The notes under the pieces are model-generated. The model made no database searches. It saw only the letters and a program-made list of their open reading frames with translations, and was not told the origin of the DNA. The position numbers and the translations under genes are program-made. 64,000 nucleotides of DNA. It comes from Nostoc sp. (lineage in GTDB: Bacteria > Cyanobacteriota > Cyanobacteriia > Cyanobacteriales > Nostocaceae). Numbering within the stretch: position 1 is the first letter of the stretch; the number at the start of each line of letters is the position of its first letter. Location of the stretch: NCBI GenBank assembly GCA_036918135.1, contig JBALDB010000029.1, positions 1 to 64,000 of the forward strand, read 5' to 3'. Of this stretch, positions 10,427 to 22,245 are shown piece after piece.

Positions 10427-10639
10427 TATATTTACCAAATGAGTTTGATTTTATCAAGGTTAAATTCAAAATAAAAAGCGACTCACCCAGATTATTAACC
10501 GGATTTCTAGGCTACTTGTCCCGCATAGACACAAACTGATTGTTGGTGATGAATAAGTACTTTGCCCTATCCTGATAATGCCAGGTGTTTCTATTTTGGG
10601 AAAGCTAGTAAGGCAGTAGCTTGCCTATGAGCGAAATGA

Positions 10640-11530
10640 CTAAATTTGTCCTAACCAATCGACAATCTGGGCGTTAACAATATCTGGAACTTCATCGTGG
10701 GGACAATGACCGGCATTGGGAATGGGAACTATTTTGATGTCTTTGCCATTCTGACGCGCCTTTTCGTAAATCTTTGCCCCAGTAATTGGTGTCCAGGGAT
10801 CGTCAGCACCCCAAATTATCAATAGAGGACGTTCCACTTTGGGTAATAGTTCCTCTGGACTTGGGCCGGGAGGTGCTGTGAGAATAGAGGCGAAAACTTG
10901 TTGCGCTCCTGGATCGCAAGAAGGAGTATAAAGTAAATCGACTAATTCATCAGTGACGGCTTGGCGATCGCGGTAAACTTGGTAAAGGGTACGGCGAATT
11001 TGCGCTTTTTGGCGGATACGATTGTAAATATATTTGCCTGTAATTGGCGATCGTACAACTCGATTAAAAGCTGCCATCACAATTCGTAGCGGCGGATTCA
11101 ATTCATGGGGACGATGACTCAATCCACCCGCAGAGTTAATTAAAACACCGCCAGCAGCGATTTCTGGATGTTCTACCAGTGCTATCAAACTCAATAATGC
11201 GCCGATGGAGTTACCAATAAATACAGCAGGTTCCTGAATGTGTGCTTTGCAAAAATCTTTGAGTAGTTCCACCCAAATTTCCACATTGTAATCAATAGGT
11301 GCTTTATCGGAACCACCAAAACCCAAAAGGTCTAAAGCAAAAACTTGGTAGCCAGCATTTGCTAAAACTGGGATATTTTTCCGCCAGTGTCCAATAGAAG
11401 CACCGAAGCCATGAACTAATACCAAAGGGCGTCCTGTACCCATAACGGTATACTGAATTTTATAGCCTTGCCAAGTCCAAAAGAATTTTTCTAATGTAGT
11501 AGTTGCTACTTGCTGTGTAGTTTCAGTCAT
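10640..11530 (-). CDS. alpha/beta hydrolase
   Basis: VHGFGASIGHW, GNSIG nucleophile elbow, AGHCPHDE. Confidence 0.92.
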   Translation of the reverse strand: MTETTQQVATTTLEKFFWTWQGYKIQYTVMGTGRPLVLVHGFGASIGHWRKNIPVLANAGYQVFALDLLGFGGSDKAPIDYNVEIWVELLKDFCKAHIQEPAVFIGNSIGALLSLIALVEHPEIAAGGVLINSAGGLSHRPHELNPPLRIVMAAFNRVVRSPITGKYIYNRIRQKAQIRRTLYQVYRDRQAVTDELVDLLYTPSCDPGAQQVFASILTAPPGPSPEELLPKVERPLLIIWGADDPWTPITGAKIYEKARQNGKDIKIVPIPNAGHCPHDEVPDIVNAQIVDWLGQI

Positions 11531-11816
11531 TATGAATATTTATAAAGTACTATTAAATATAGTAATGTTCTCTAGCATCATATCTTGCAGTTCGCCAAGA
11601 GAATTTATAGCAGAGAACTGATATTTGATTTTTGCTCTCGCTAGGTACAACTTAAACCTTCATGTTACTTATTGCTTGCTAAATTAAATCAATTCTTCCA
11701 AATAAAAGCGGATTCCTAGATAAAGAATTTAAGATGTTAGTTTCATCTATTCCCAGGGATTAATAAGCCAAAGGATATCAAATACTCTTTGGCTTATAGA
11801 CGAATGGTAGTGTGAG

Positions 11817-12734
11817 ATGAAATACATCAATCAAAGTAACTTTACTCTTTTGAGCAAATTTGTGATTGCTGCAAGTTCTGTAGCAATATTTTTACCAATG
11901 GCTTCTACCTACGCAACTTTAGGATTTTCTACCATCATCTCTCAAATACATGATAATTCCAGGGAGCAGCAAACTTTAGTTAATAATAAAGTAGAAATAA
12001 AAAGTTATACTACTACTATTCAACAACAAAATATAACTAGAAAAAGCCGCACTCAAGTAAATACTAGTAGTGTTTCATTAAAAGCGCAAAAAATAGGTTT
12101 TAGTCTGGCAATTTGGGAACCATCCGGTAATTTATCACAAGTAATTGCCCGCATTTCTATTAAGAGTAAACGAGAGAATGACTATTTCAAAGAGCGGTTT
12201 GTGGGTGATTACAAGTATAAAATTAAGCAAAAAGCAAAATTTGTTAAAGGATTAAAAGCTAGCGATCGCATTGTTGTACGATTATACGATTTGCAAAACC
12301 GCTTTCTTGGCTATAGTGAATTTGAATGTTTATCGAAAAATACCGCAGTTAACCTGATTTTGTCAGGTAAACCTCTGGAATATCGAGTCCTCCGCACTGT
12401 TTATGGTATTGATGCTAACCAAGATGGCGCGATTGATGCAAATACTACTACTTACGACTACTTCACCCAAGTCAGCAAGCAAGGGGTTATTTTTCTGGAC
12501 GGTTCCCAAACCTTCCAAGCTAATCAATTTCAAGTAGAAGGTTTGGCAAAAGTTCCAGCAACTAGTGTTTATCCTGCATCTTTCACCCAAGGTGAATTTG
12601 CTTTAGTACGCCAGTCATTCATTAACGTCTTTAGTTCCGACTTACCAAAGGTTTTGCGAGTTACTCCCGGTAGTTTGGTGCAGGTAACTCAAGTCAGCGA
12701 TAACTCTAGCTACGATATCAGCCGACGCGATTAA
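11817..12734 (+). CDS. secreted hypothetical protein, probably 3'-truncated
   Basis: Signal-peptide-like N-terminus; the end overlaps the convergent VOC gene by 17 bp. Confidence 0.65.
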   Translation: MKYINQSNFTLLSKFVIAASSVAIFLPMASTYATLGFSTIISQIHDNSREQQTLVNNKVEIKSYTTTIQQQNITRKSRTQVNTSSVSLKAQKIGFSLAIWEPSGNLSQVIARISIKSKRENDYFKERFVGDYKYKIKQKAKFVKGLKASDRIVVRLYDLQNRFLGYSEFECLSKNTAVNLILSGKPLEYRVLRTVYGIDANQDGAIDANTTTYDYFTQVSKQGVIFLDGSQTFQANQFQVEGLAKVPATSVYPASFTQGEFALVRQSFINVFSSDLPKVLRVTPGSLVQVTQVSDNSSYDISRRD

Positions 12735-13155
12735 TTGCGTCTCTAGCTTGCTCGACTGTAAAATTAACTTTCTGACCGTAAGAAATTTCCAGGGTATGGC
12801 CATCTGGGTCTCGAAGATAAGCCCAGTAACCAACTGGCGAACCAAAGTCATTTGGCCCAACCAGCAGTACTTTTTCTTGGCGTGCTTCATCGCACAGGCG
12901 ATCGACTTCCTCACGATTGTGATAAGCTACTCCCAGATGGGATTGTGGTAAAAGTACGCCTTCTACTTTAGCTACTTGAATTAGGACAATTACAAAAGGT
13001 CTGGTGAGGTCACTAATCCAAGCAACATCTGATTGAATCGCTTCATCAGTACGACGATGTACAACGGTCATCTGAGCATATCTTGTATAAAATGCGATAC
13101 TTGCATCAACATCCCTAACTGCAAGTGCAATATGAGTGAAACCAAGGTCGGACAT
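12718..13155 (-). CDS. VOC/glyoxalase family protein
   Basis: FTHIALAVRD...SHLGV...RDPDGHTLE. Likely start MSDLGFTH at 13155. Confidence 0.9.
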   Translation of the reverse strand: MSDLGFTHIALAVRDVDASIAFYTRYAQMTVVHRRTDEAIQSDVAWISDLTRPFVIVLIQVAKVEGVLLPQSHLGVAYHNREEVDRLCDEARQEKVLLVGPNDFGSPVGYWAYLRDPDGHTLEISYGQKVNFTVEQARDAINRVG

Positions 13156-13233
13156 GACATGACTTGTGGGGAGTGGCTGCAAGAGAGGTAACACGATTAA
13201 TAATAAAGATAGGCGTTATCTTCACAAAATTTT

Positions 13234-14013
13234 ATGTTCTTAACTTGGTTCGACAGCAATAGTTGGCTGCTGGAAATCGGCGGGAAACGGATACTAATCG
13301 ACCCTTGGTTAGTTGATTCCTTAATTTTCAGTAATTTGGATTGGTTTTTTAAAGGGTCGCGATCGCAAAATCGCCCAATACCTGAGAACATTGATTTAAT
13401 TGTGCTATCTCAGGGTTTAGAAGACCACGCTCATCCACCAACACTCAAGCAGCTCGACCACAATATCAAGGTTGTGGCTTCTCCCAATGCAGCCAAGGTA
13501 GTACAGCAACTAGGTTACACCCAAATAACCACTCTCGCTCATGGTGAAACTTTCACTTTAGATAATCAAATTGAAATCAAGGCTTTTCCCGGTTCGCCCA
13601 TCGGCCCTACTTTAGTAGAAAATAGTTATCTCCTCAAAGAATTGGAAAGTAGTTTAACTTTATACTACGAACCTCACGGTTATCATTCTCCAGAACTTAA
13701 GCAAGCTGCACCCATCGATGTAGTAATTACACCGTTTATCGACATGACATTACCTTTACTGGGGTCGATTATTAAAGGAAAAAATAGTTCTTTAGAAGTA
13801 GTAAAATCATTACAACCTCAAGTAATATTACCCACAGCAGCTGGTGGTGATGTGATATTTGAGGGATTGCTGATGAAATTGATTCAGACGAAAGGAACTG
13901 CTGCGGAATTTCGTTCGCTATTAGAGAAAAACAATCTTTTGACGGAGGTGATTGAACCGACACCAGGCAATCGCTTTGAACTACGATTAGAAAAGCGAGC
14001 ATTAGCAATTTAA
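13234..14013 (+). CDS. MBL-fold metallo-hydrolase
   Basis: NSWLLE, ILIDPW, SQGLEDHAH. Confidence 0.88.
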   Translation: MFLTWFDSNSWLLEIGGKRILIDPWLVDSLIFSNLDWFFKGSRSQNRPIPENIDLIVLSQGLEDHAHPPTLKQLDHNIKVVASPNAAKVVQQLGYTQITTLAHGETFTLDNQIEIKAFPGSPIGPTLVENSYLLKELESSLTLYYEPHGYHSPELKQAAPIDVVITPFIDMTLPLLGSIIKGKNSSLEVVKSLQPQVILPTAAGGDVIFEGLLMKLIQTKGTAAEFRSLLEKNNLLTEVIEPTPGNRFELRLEKRALAI

Positions 14014-14247
14014 CTCTCAGACCAACCAGAATAAATGCCTAACCTTCGCCAATTCCTCAGAGGGGTTGGCGTCTCTACAATAACTCGTGAAATTAAAATC
14101 TAATCTTGTTGATTTCGTCTACTTAAATAGCGTACTTCTTCCAAAAGAATATTAAATCTCTGCTCATTTTCTGCTTAATTCACTATCTTTTATTTTACTG
14201 TTATCTGTCTTTTTTCCTTCCCTACAAAATACCTATTTTTGCAAGAG

Positions 14248-15285
14248 TTAATCAGAATCTAATACTGAATTTTTATTAATATTATTATGGGAATAAATTT
14301 CTCTAACAGGAAAAGGAATTATAATCCCTGCTTCCTGATAGCGTTTGTGTAATTTCTTAATAAATATATGCTTACCAATCCGTTGGTCAAAAAATTCGCT
14401 GACTCGCATATAAATAGTAAAATCTATTCTAAAATCTCCAAAAGAGTGAAATCTCATATAAGGTTCATTTGTAATTAAACTGGGTGCAATTTCTTGCATG
14501 ACTTCCTTAGCTACTTCCACAGTTATTCTTTCAACTTGCTCCAAATCACTATCATAACTAACACCAACATCCAGGGTTAAAGTTATTTCTTTAGCAGGTA
14601 AATGATAGTTAGTAAAAATTGCCGATGCTAATTTAGAATTTGGTACAATTACTACGTTATTGGAAATTTCTTTAATTGTTGTATTGCGCCAAGTTATATC
14701 TGTAACATATCCTTCATGACCAGCATCTAGTTTCACATAGTCTCCAGTTCTTACTTGCTTAGAAATAATTAAGTAAAAACCAGAAAATAAATTTGCTAAA
14801 GTGTCTTGAAGCGCCAAACCAACTGCTAGACCACCAATACCTAAAGTCGTAACTATTGGCGTGATTTCAACTCCAACAGTTTGTAAGATGATTAATGTTC
14901 CTAAAATTAAAACAGTAGCCTTAGCAACATTAGAAACTAGTGAAGTGGGAACTCCTTCTGTTCTTTTAATAAATAAATTAACAAAACCAGCACTCAGTCT
15001 TGCCAAAACTAAGGTCACTGAATATAGAAATGCAACGGTGAGAATTTTTTGTAGTACGGTGACAATATCTGGTCTGAGGGGAGAACTAAGAATTGCCCAA
15101 AAGAAACCGCCAATCACAAACCAAATAAAGGTCATGCGGTGTAAGGCATTAAATATAATATTTCCTCCAGCTATTCGTTTCTTTTTAACGAATAGTTCAA
15201 GTTTTTTAAAAATAACTTTTTCTCCAATTATTCCAGCTAGTAAACCAGCTAAAATAAAAGCGAGTGGCGGAATCCATTGCATCAT
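14248..15285 (-). CDS. small-conductance mechanosensitive channel (MscS family)
   Basis: TM helices, GIGGLAVGLALQDTLANLFSG, GDYV...WRNT...VPNS, IPFP. Confidence 0.93.
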   Translation of the reverse strand: MMQWIPPLAFILAGLLAGIIGEKVIFKKLELFVKKKRIAGGNIIFNALHRMTFIWFVIGGFFWAILSSPLRPDIVTVLQKILTVAFLYSVTLVLARLSAGFVNLFIKRTEGVPTSLVSNVAKATVLILGTLIILQTVGVEITPIVTTLGIGGLAVGLALQDTLANLFSGFYLIISKQVRTGDYVKLDAGHEGYVTDITWRNTTIKEISNNVVIVPNSKLASAIFTNYHLPAKEITLTLDVGVSYDSDLEQVERITVEVAKEVMQEIAPSLITNEPYMRFHSFGDFRIDFTIYMRVSEFFDQRIGKHIFIKKLHKRYQEAGIIIPFPVREIYSHNNINKNSVLDSD

Positions 15286-15655
15286 ATAAATTTTCAAGTT
15301 TGAGTTTGAGATGAAAATAGTTAACACTTTTGTTGTGATTATGGCTAAATTTTACCTTGTTAGTTGTCGGAGTTAGCAGCTGAGTTGTTCCATTTTTGAA
15401 TTTTCAAAAATTATTCGCTGTTAGTAATTGATTTTTTGACAAATGAGATTTGTCTACCATTGATAGAGGGTAGTTAAGTGATTGGGATTTTCTAAATTGT
15501 TACTATCCTGTTACTAGACAATTTTTACAAGTGCTGTTTGGTTTCAGTCTAAATAACTTTTACATAAATGCGATTGTATAAAAACAGCCTAATGAATGAT
15601 TACCAGACAATCTCTAGATATATTTGGCACTAGACTATAGTTAAAAATTAATAAC

Positions 15656-16573
15656 ATGGACTTGCCAATTATTTACCACCCAGATTACGTTGCACCATTG
15701 CCTGAAGGACATCGCTTCCCGATGTCCAAATTCCGACAACTCTACGAATTATTACTAGCTGATGATGTGGCAAATCAAGAACAATTTTATACACCTGAAC
15801 GTCCTCCCATAGAGTTAATAGAGTTAGTCCACACCCCAAACTACGTTCAAGCTTATTGTGAAGGCACTCTAGAACCCAAAGCACAGCGTCGCATTGGTTT
15901 GCCTTGGAGTCCAGCACTAGCAAATCGTACCTGTATAGCAGTTGGTGGCACAATCCTTACTGCGAAACTGGCGCTAAGTCAGGGCTTAGCTTGTAATACG
16001 GCTGGTGGGACTCATCATGCTTTTCCCAGCTATGGATCTGGTTTTTGTATTTTCAACGATTTAGCGATCGCTTGTCGCGTTTTACAAAAATTCGGACTTG
16101 TGCAAAAAATTCTGATTGTAGATTTGGACGTTCATCAAGGAGACGGCACCGCTTTTATCTTCCAAGACGATGAGAGTGTTTTTACTTTCTCCATGCACTG
16201 TGAAGTCAATTTTCCGGGTACTAAACAAAACAGTGATTTGGATGTTCCTTTACCAGTAGGAATGGAAGATGATGCTTACTTGCAAACTTTAGCAAATTAT
16301 TTACCAGATTTATTATCTCAAGTTAAGCCAGATATAGTATTTTATGATGCAGGTGTAGATCCTCATATAGGCGATCGCTTGGGAAAATTAGCCTTAACTG
16401 ATGCTGGCATTTTCCGTCGGGAAATGCAGGTTTTAAGTACTTGTATGAGTGTTGGTTATCCTGTCGCCTGTGTCATTGGTGGCGGTTATGCTGATGATAT
16501 GAAATCCCTTGTTTGGCGACACTCCTTACTGCATCGCGCTGCGAGTCAAGTTTATCAACAGTACAAACTTTGA
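15656..16573 (+). CDS. histone deacetylase family protein
   Basis: GGTHHA, GFCIFND, DLDVHQGDGT, GGGY. Confidence 0.95.
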   Translation: MDLPIIYHPDYVAPLPEGHRFPMSKFRQLYELLLADDVANQEQFYTPERPPIELIELVHTPNYVQAYCEGTLEPKAQRRIGLPWSPALANRTCIAVGGTILTAKLALSQGLACNTAGGTHHAFPSYGSGFCIFNDLAIACRVLQKFGLVQKILIVDLDVHQGDGTAFIFQDDESVFTFSMHCEVNFPGTKQNSDLDVPLPVGMEDDAYLQTLANYLPDLLSQVKPDIVFYDAGVDPHIGDRLGKLALTDAGIFRREMQVLSTCMSVGYPVACVIGGGYADDMKSLVWRHSLLHRAASQVYQQYKL

Positions 16574-16689
16574 TTCAACATGACATCTTGCAAAAATCCT
16601 GATTTATTATTTAAAACTACAAATAAATTAGCTATTTCATCTGTGATTTAATTACGTAAATAGCAAAATTTCAGCAAAGGCAGTACTGG

Positions 16690-19600
16690 ATGAACCACGG
16701 CAAACTCAAAATCTACGAGCTAGCAAAAGAGTTAAATTTGGATAGCAAGAAGCTATTAGCAATTTGCGAAAAACTCAATATTGCAGCCAAAAGCCATACA
16801 AGTCCAATCTCAGAATCTGAGGCAGAATGCATTCGTTTAGCGGTAAATCAACTAATAGCAAAATCCTCAAAAAGGAAAATATCTTCTGAAGATTGGGGTT
16901 ATACGTTCGTAGGTTCAACAATTGATAGATTAATTCGCAATCTTGAAGGAGAAAGCGCCCTGCAAGCATATCCTGAATTTAGGCAACGACGCGATCGCGC
17001 CAATGAGTTAATGTTTGAATGCGTCGGTAAAAAGCCTTGTCTGTTTTATGTACGTCGCAAAGGCACAGGCAAAGAGGCAGGAGAAGAAATTTGGGATTTA
17101 ACAATAGCAACAGATTCCGATAAATTTCAATTGCCTGCAAGACTTGAAAACATAGGAAAAACATTAGGATTTACAGCAGCTGTACAAAAAGATGGACGCA
17201 ATAGTTTAAAAATACTTTCGGCTCAGTTATTACAACTGTCACGGGGAAATGCTGATAGCTATTCTGTAGCTTGTTGCTTGCGTTTATTGCCTAATCATCA
17301 ACATCACCTCGACATTCTGCCTGCTACATTGACACGCATACTAGCCGCACCAGTTTGTGGCGATTATGTCCCCACAGAAGACCAGCTAAAAGCTTGGAAA
17401 GCGTTTTTACAAATTGAGGAAAAAATTGCTAAAGCACGTCAATTTTGTGTGCGTTACGTAGGTAATAAATATAACTTCAAAAGGCGTATCTGTTTTGAAA
17501 TTGATGTCACCTCAGCCACTCTTGACGGCTTTTATCAAAATTCCCTTGAACTAGAGAACTTTTGGGAACGTGTCAAACAAGCAAAAAACGAGGATTTAAA
17601 ATTTTTTGAAACTGCTCCCATTGGCAAAAACTGGTTTAACGGTCGCCTATTAGGAACTGTTGAAGAAGTCGATCCCAACCGTTGCATTATCACCGTCAGA
17701 TTAGAACGCGACTTAGCTGAATATATGGCAACAGAACGTTATAAGCTACCAGTTAATGGATTTTTATGTTTTGAAGCAGTTGGAGACATTCAGCAGATTC
17801 AGCGTAAGAAAAAAGCCTTAGAAGATTTGAATAATGGTTACACTCAGAATCAATATTTGGGTAACTTTTTATTCGATGCTTCTCAGGCTAGAAAAATCAA
17901 AACAACTATCGAACTTCAACCACAAGATTTATTATTGTCTGCAGCTAATCCCGGTCAAAAAGCAGCAGTCGAAAAAGTACTTGCTGCCAAGGATCTTGTT
18001 TTAATTCAAGGCCCACCAGGTACTGGTAAAACTACTGTCATCGCCGAAATTTGCTATCAAATTGCCCTTCGTGGTGGACGTACTTTAATTGCTTCTCAAG
18101 CTAATTTAGCAGTAGATAACGCATTAAGTCGATTAGTTCACAACCCAGTGATTCGCGCTGTTCGTAAGGGAAAAGCTGAAAAAGTTGGGGAGGAAGGACA
18201 GCCATTTTTAGAAGACCAAGTAATTGATAAATGGCTGAATAATACTGCAAATGATTGTCAAAATAATCTCAATCAACGAACCAAAAATGTTCAAATTTTT
18301 CGTAAGTTACTCTCATCATCTAAAAGATTTACAGCTTACTTAAAAGTAGAAGAAGATTTCCAAGAACAACAAAGTAAATTTTATAAAAATAAGTTTAAAC
18401 TAGAGACAAACTCTAAAAATCAAGAAAAGTATTACAATGATTGTTTAGTACAGCAAAATGAGGTTATATCTTTAATTTATGGATTAGATAACTTACTCAG
18501 TACTGCTCCTGATATCAACTGGGAATCTTCAGAAATTACAAATTTTTTACCACTTCTTAAGCCTTATACAGAAGGTAATAGTTTAGTAGAAGAATTCTTA
18601 GCAAATATTCGTCAATCTATCAAATATACTGATGAACTTGGCTTTGTACGTCCAGCACTTGGTGCTTTTGGTTTAGCAGTTTGGTTGCGTGAAACTGTAG
18701 CAACCGAAATTTTGGGATTTAAAACTGCTTTCAATTCTGCTCAAAATGCCAGTGAAACCATGTCAGCAGTTGCAGCCTTAGCGCAGACTATTAAACAGAA
18801 TTTTGACTTGTTAAATCAGTTACAAGCAGATTCTCAAAAATTTGTAAATAAGCAACAAAACTTACAGCAAACAATCGAGATATGGCAAAATCGTCAACGA
18901 GAAATTGATTACATTATCTCGGCGGTGAAAGAATGGAAATCTACAGCCCATTCTCATCTCTATCAAACTTTGAAAGATTGTCAGCAATTAGATTTACCAT
19001 TAACGGATAATCTCGTAGATTTACCGCTAGGTTTATTAATGTTTGCTAATACATTAAAATTACCTATAATCCCAAAAAGCTATAAAATTAATCTGCCAAA
19101 ATGGGACTTATTAACAAAAGCGATCGCTTATGAAATAGACGGAAATTTTAGCGATAGGCGAGGCAAACAGCATAATTTTAGTTATTTTTTACAACAAAAT
19201 TTTAGTCAGATTCCAATAGTGCTGTCGCAAAGCGATCGCACTCAATGGCAAGAGACTTATCAACAATTTAATAACTATCAATTACTTAACCCAAAACAGC
19301 GAAAATTACTAGTTGAAAATACCCAGTTTTTCTTAATAAGAATCCAAAAAACTTATGGCATATCCTGGAAATGGAATAACATCGACTCGACTCTGACGCG
19401 AATTACACAAGAACTACTAGATACTATCCTGACAAATGCACGTCAATGCGTTTTAAAAGTCAAAACTGAAGCAGAACAACAGCTTCATCATCTACGCCAA
19501 CAATTAAATGAACTGCAAAAAAATGAAATCACCCAACAGCAAATCTCTGCTACTCAGTATCAGCTAGAAAAAGCGCAGCAAGATGCTAATTTCCAACTTG

Positions 19601-21168
19601 GACAAGTTGTTAACATTTTGCAAGAACTTAACCAACAACCAAATATACCTAATCAAGTACGCACTTTAGGCGACCAATATCTCGTAACGCAATCAAAGAT
19701 TTGGGAACAACCTCAAGAATTTGTAAAGCAAGTGCATTCTTGGGTAACTTGTATCAGTCAGCTTGAAAACTTAATTTCATTATTAGAACCTTTTGCTGTA
19801 CTGGAGGTAATCAAAACTTCTCTACACGAGCATTTAGTAAAACTAAAACAAGAAACTGAAACTTCTCTACAGCAGCTTCAAAAATTGCAAATTAATCTCC
19901 AGGAATTAGAACAACAATCACAACCACAGCCATCAGAAATTTTAATAAAAGAAAGAAACTGGTGGTTGAAAGAATGGGAAACAATACCTGATAAATTTAA
20001 GCCAGAAAATTTTACTGGTAATTTATTGAATATAGAGTTTTTACAGAGTATAAATATTCAGTTTGAATCTTGGCAGCAGCAACTACAGAAAGAAGAAGCC
20101 TATCTCAAAAAATATCAGAATTTCGTGCAAGATTGGATAGAAAAAATCAGACAGCCGACGGAAAGCGATGGCGACGATTTAAGGCGTATATATTTAGATA
20201 ATACCAATGTCGTCGGTATCACCTGCGTTCAAGCTGCAAATAAAGGTTTTTCTGAAGAATTTAAATCTTTTGATGTCGTTATCATCGACGAAGTTAGTAA
20301 GTGTACTCCACCAGAGTTACTAATCCCAGCTTTGAAAGCTAAAAAGTTAGTCATGGTAGGTGACCATCGACAATTACCGCCCATGCTCGATACTAGTACT
20401 TTAGAAGAAGTTGCCCAAGCAATTGGCAATACACGAGACGAACTACAATTTTTACAAGAATCACTATTTAAAAGCCAGTTTGAATCTGCCGATGAAAGCA
20501 TTAAGGAAATGCTAACTACACAATATCGAATGCATCCCTATATTATGGGTGCAATCAATCAGTTTTATGACGGTAAACTAGAATCTGGTATTTTGAAACC
20601 TAATACAAAACGCGCACATAATTTAGCAGGTGAAATCATTCAAGAATCTCACCATATTCTTTGGATAAAAACGCCTATAGAAAATAAATTTTTAGAAGAA
20701 CGTCACGGAACTTCTTATTTTAATACTTTAGAAATTGATATAATTGAGCGCATTTGTCAGCAGTTCGAGAAGACTTGGGCTGATAAAGTTGCTAATGCCG
20801 AACCAAAAAAAGAAATCGCCGTGATTACATTTTATGGCGCTCAATTAAGAAAAATTGATGAACGGCTGCAATCTGAACTTTTCCCTTCCCTAGAAATTCG
20901 TACCGGTACAGTAGACAGATTTCAAGGAATGGAAAGACCTATTGTGATTGTGAGTATGGTTCGCAACAATAATAAAGGAGATGTAGGATTTGCTAAAAAA
21001 CCAGAACGGGTGAATGTTGCCTTTTCCCGCGCTCAAGAACTGCTTATAATTGTCGGTTGTCATGATTTATTTACCCATCAACCAGGTAAAGTTGGAAATA
21101 TGTACTCCGAAGTTTCAAATATTGTCAGTTTTTATGAAGGTTTTGTTGATGTTTCTCGAATCATCTGA
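16690..21168 (+). CDS. IF2-N-domain / Upf1-like SF1 helicase with long coiled-coil insert (paralogue A)
   Basis: N-term [42 protein letters not shown] (IF2_N-like). Helicase motifs [59 protein letters not shown]. Confidence 0.9.
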   Translation: MNHGKLKIYELAKELNLDSKKLLAICEKLNIAAKSHTSPISESEAECIRLAVNQLIAKSSKRKISSEDWGYTFVGSTIDRLIRNLEGESALQAYPEFRQRRDRANELMFECVGKKPCLFYVRRKGTGKEAGEEIWDLTIATDSDKFQLPARLENIGKTLGFTAAVQKDGRNSLKILSAQLLQLSRGNADSYSVACCLRLLPNHQHHLDILPATLTRILAAPVCGDYVPTEDQLKAWKAFLQIEEKIAKARQFCVRYVGNKYNFKRRICFEIDVTSATLDGFYQNSLELENFWERVKQAKNEDLKFFETAPIGKNWFNGRLLGTVEEVDPNRCIITVRLERDLAEYMATERYKLPVNGFLCFEAVGDIQQIQRKKKALEDLNNGYTQNQYLGNFLFDASQARKIKTTIELQPQDLLLSAANPGQKAAVEKVLAAKDLVLIQGPPGTGKTTVIAEICYQIALRGGRTLIASQANLAVDNALSRLVHNPVIRAVRKGKAEKVGEEGQPFLEDQVIDKWLNNTANDCQNNLNQRTKNVQIFRKLLSSSKRFTAYLKVEEDFQEQQSKFYKNKFKLETNSKNQEKYYNDCLVQQNEVISLIYGLDNLLSTAPDINWESSEITNFLPLLKPYTEGNSLVEEFLANIRQSIKYTDELGFVRPALGAFGLAVWLRETVATEILGFKTAFNSAQNASETMSAVAALAQTIKQNFDLLNQLQADSQKFVNKQQNLQQTIEIWQNRQREIDYIISAVKEWKSTAHSHLYQTLKDCQQLDLPLTDNLVDLPLGLLMFANTLKLPIIPKSYKINLPKWDLLTKAIAYEIDGNFSDRRGKQHNFSYFLQQNFSQIPIVLSQSDRTQWQETYQQFNNYQLLNPKQRKLLVENTQFFLIRIQKTYGISWKWNNIDSTLTRITQELLDTILTNARQCVLKVKTEAEQQLHHLRQQLNELQKNEITQQQISATQYQLEKAQQDANFQLGQVVNILQELNQQPNIPNQVRTLGDQYLVTQSKIWEQPQEFVKQVHSWVTCISQLENLISLLEPFAVLEVIKTSLHEHLVKLKQETETSLQQLQKLQINLQELEQQSQPQPSEILIKERNWWLKEWETIPDKFKPENFTGNLLNIEFLQSINIQFESWQQQLQKEEAYLKKYQNFVQDWIEKIRQPTESDGDDLRRIYLDNTNVVGITCVQAANKGFSEEFKSFDVVIIDEVSKCTPPELLIPALKAKKLVMVGDHRQLPPMLDTSTLEEVAQAIGNTRDELQFLQESLFKSQFESADESIKEMLTTQYRMHPYIMGAINQFYDGKLESGILKPNTKRAHNLAGEIIQESHHILWIKTPIENKFLEERHGTSYFNTLEIDIIERICQQFEKTWADKVANAEPKKEIAVITFYGAQLRKIDERLQSELFPSLEIRTGTVDRFQGMERPIVIVSMVRNNNKGDVGFAKKPERVNVAFSRAQELLIIVGCHDLFTHQPGKVGNMYSEVSNIVSFYEGFVDVSRII

Positions 21169-21306
21169 GTCTAAAAATGGGTTTTGTTGTGAATTAAGCG
21201 CTTAGTAAATAAAAAGTAATTTTTAATATTCTAGAAAGAAGTTAGAATTAACAAACTGAACTCCAAAGCTGATAATTTCTCATTTGAAAACAGACTGGAG
21301 ACTTTT

Positions 21307-21897
21307 ATGACTATAGCAGCCATTACTACACCCACAAAAGAATCGCCCCTTTTGTTTGAGGGATTAACTTGGAGAGAATTCAAAACCATTGAGCAGTTAT
21401 TAGACCGTCCAGGATATCGGTTGTCTTTCCTCGATGGTGTTTTGGAGATCCGAAGAATGCCTGGAGAACCCTACGAAACCGTTAAAGAAAGACTCGCTGC
21501 ATTGTTAGAACTTTACCTGCTCATGGCAGGGTTTGACTTTACTCCAACTGGTTCAATGACCTTAGAAAGTGAATCGGGTGCTGTCAAGCGAGAAGCAGAT
21601 AAATCTTATAAACTTGGCCCTGGTCGAGTGCGTCCCGATTTGGCGATAGAAGTAGTATTTACCAGTGGTGGTATCAACAAATTGGAAGCATACAAGCGGC
21701 TCAAAATTCCCGAAGTGTGGTTTTGGGAAGATGGCGTTTTAGAAGTTTATCATCTGCGTCAACAGGGCAATACATTTCACTATGGAAAAGTTTCCAGTAG
21801 CGAGGAAGTTAAAGGAATAGATGTGGATTTATTGTTACGCTGCATTAATATGGTGAATCATGTTGATGCTATCAAAACTTTTCAGCAAACGCTTTAG
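21307..21897 (+). CDS. Uma2 (DUF820) family endonuclease-fold protein
   Basis: GLTWREF, READKSY, PDLAIEVV, YKRLKIPEVWFW. Confidence 0.9.
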   Translation: MTIAAITTPTKESPLLFEGLTWREFKTIEQLLDRPGYRLSFLDGVLEIRRMPGEPYETVKERLAALLELYLLMAGFDFTPTGSMTLESESGAVKREADKSYKLGPGRVRPDLAIEVVFTSGGINKLEAYKRLKIPEVWFWEDGVLEVYHLRQQGNTFHYGKVSSSEEVKGIDVDLLLRCINMVNHVDAIKTFQQTL

Positions 21898-21910
21898 AAA
21901 TAGCTGATGA

Positions 21911-21962
21911 TTCTGCTAAACCCATTGATGATAATTTCAAAAATTTGGTAGATAAAATTTAG
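21911..21962 (+). pseudogene. relic 5' fragment of a PLD-nuclease gene copy
   Basis: 21911-21960 matches 27031-27080 at 44/50 nt (SAKPIDDNFKNLVDKI* vs SAKPIDDNLKKLVEEI). Confidence 0.85.
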
Positions 21963-22245
21963 GTGATATACTGTGAAAACTAGCCATCATCAAAGTGACA
22001 TCCTTCGTCAGAAAATTTTGTTTTGAGTCACGGCGTATAATTGAGAGTAGAGACTATAATAATTCAATTTTATTTGTGAAAAGTATAAGCTTTAGATTCT
22101 GACTTTTTCAAAAAGTCGGGAATTTTCTTATTACTGACCAACATTACCTAAAATCGGTAAAGCCACAAATGTTGAAGATGTTGTTTTTTATAAGTATTTG
22201 GGAATACTAGACTTGGTAAACTTTGTTAGCAAAGGCAAGCCGTGG

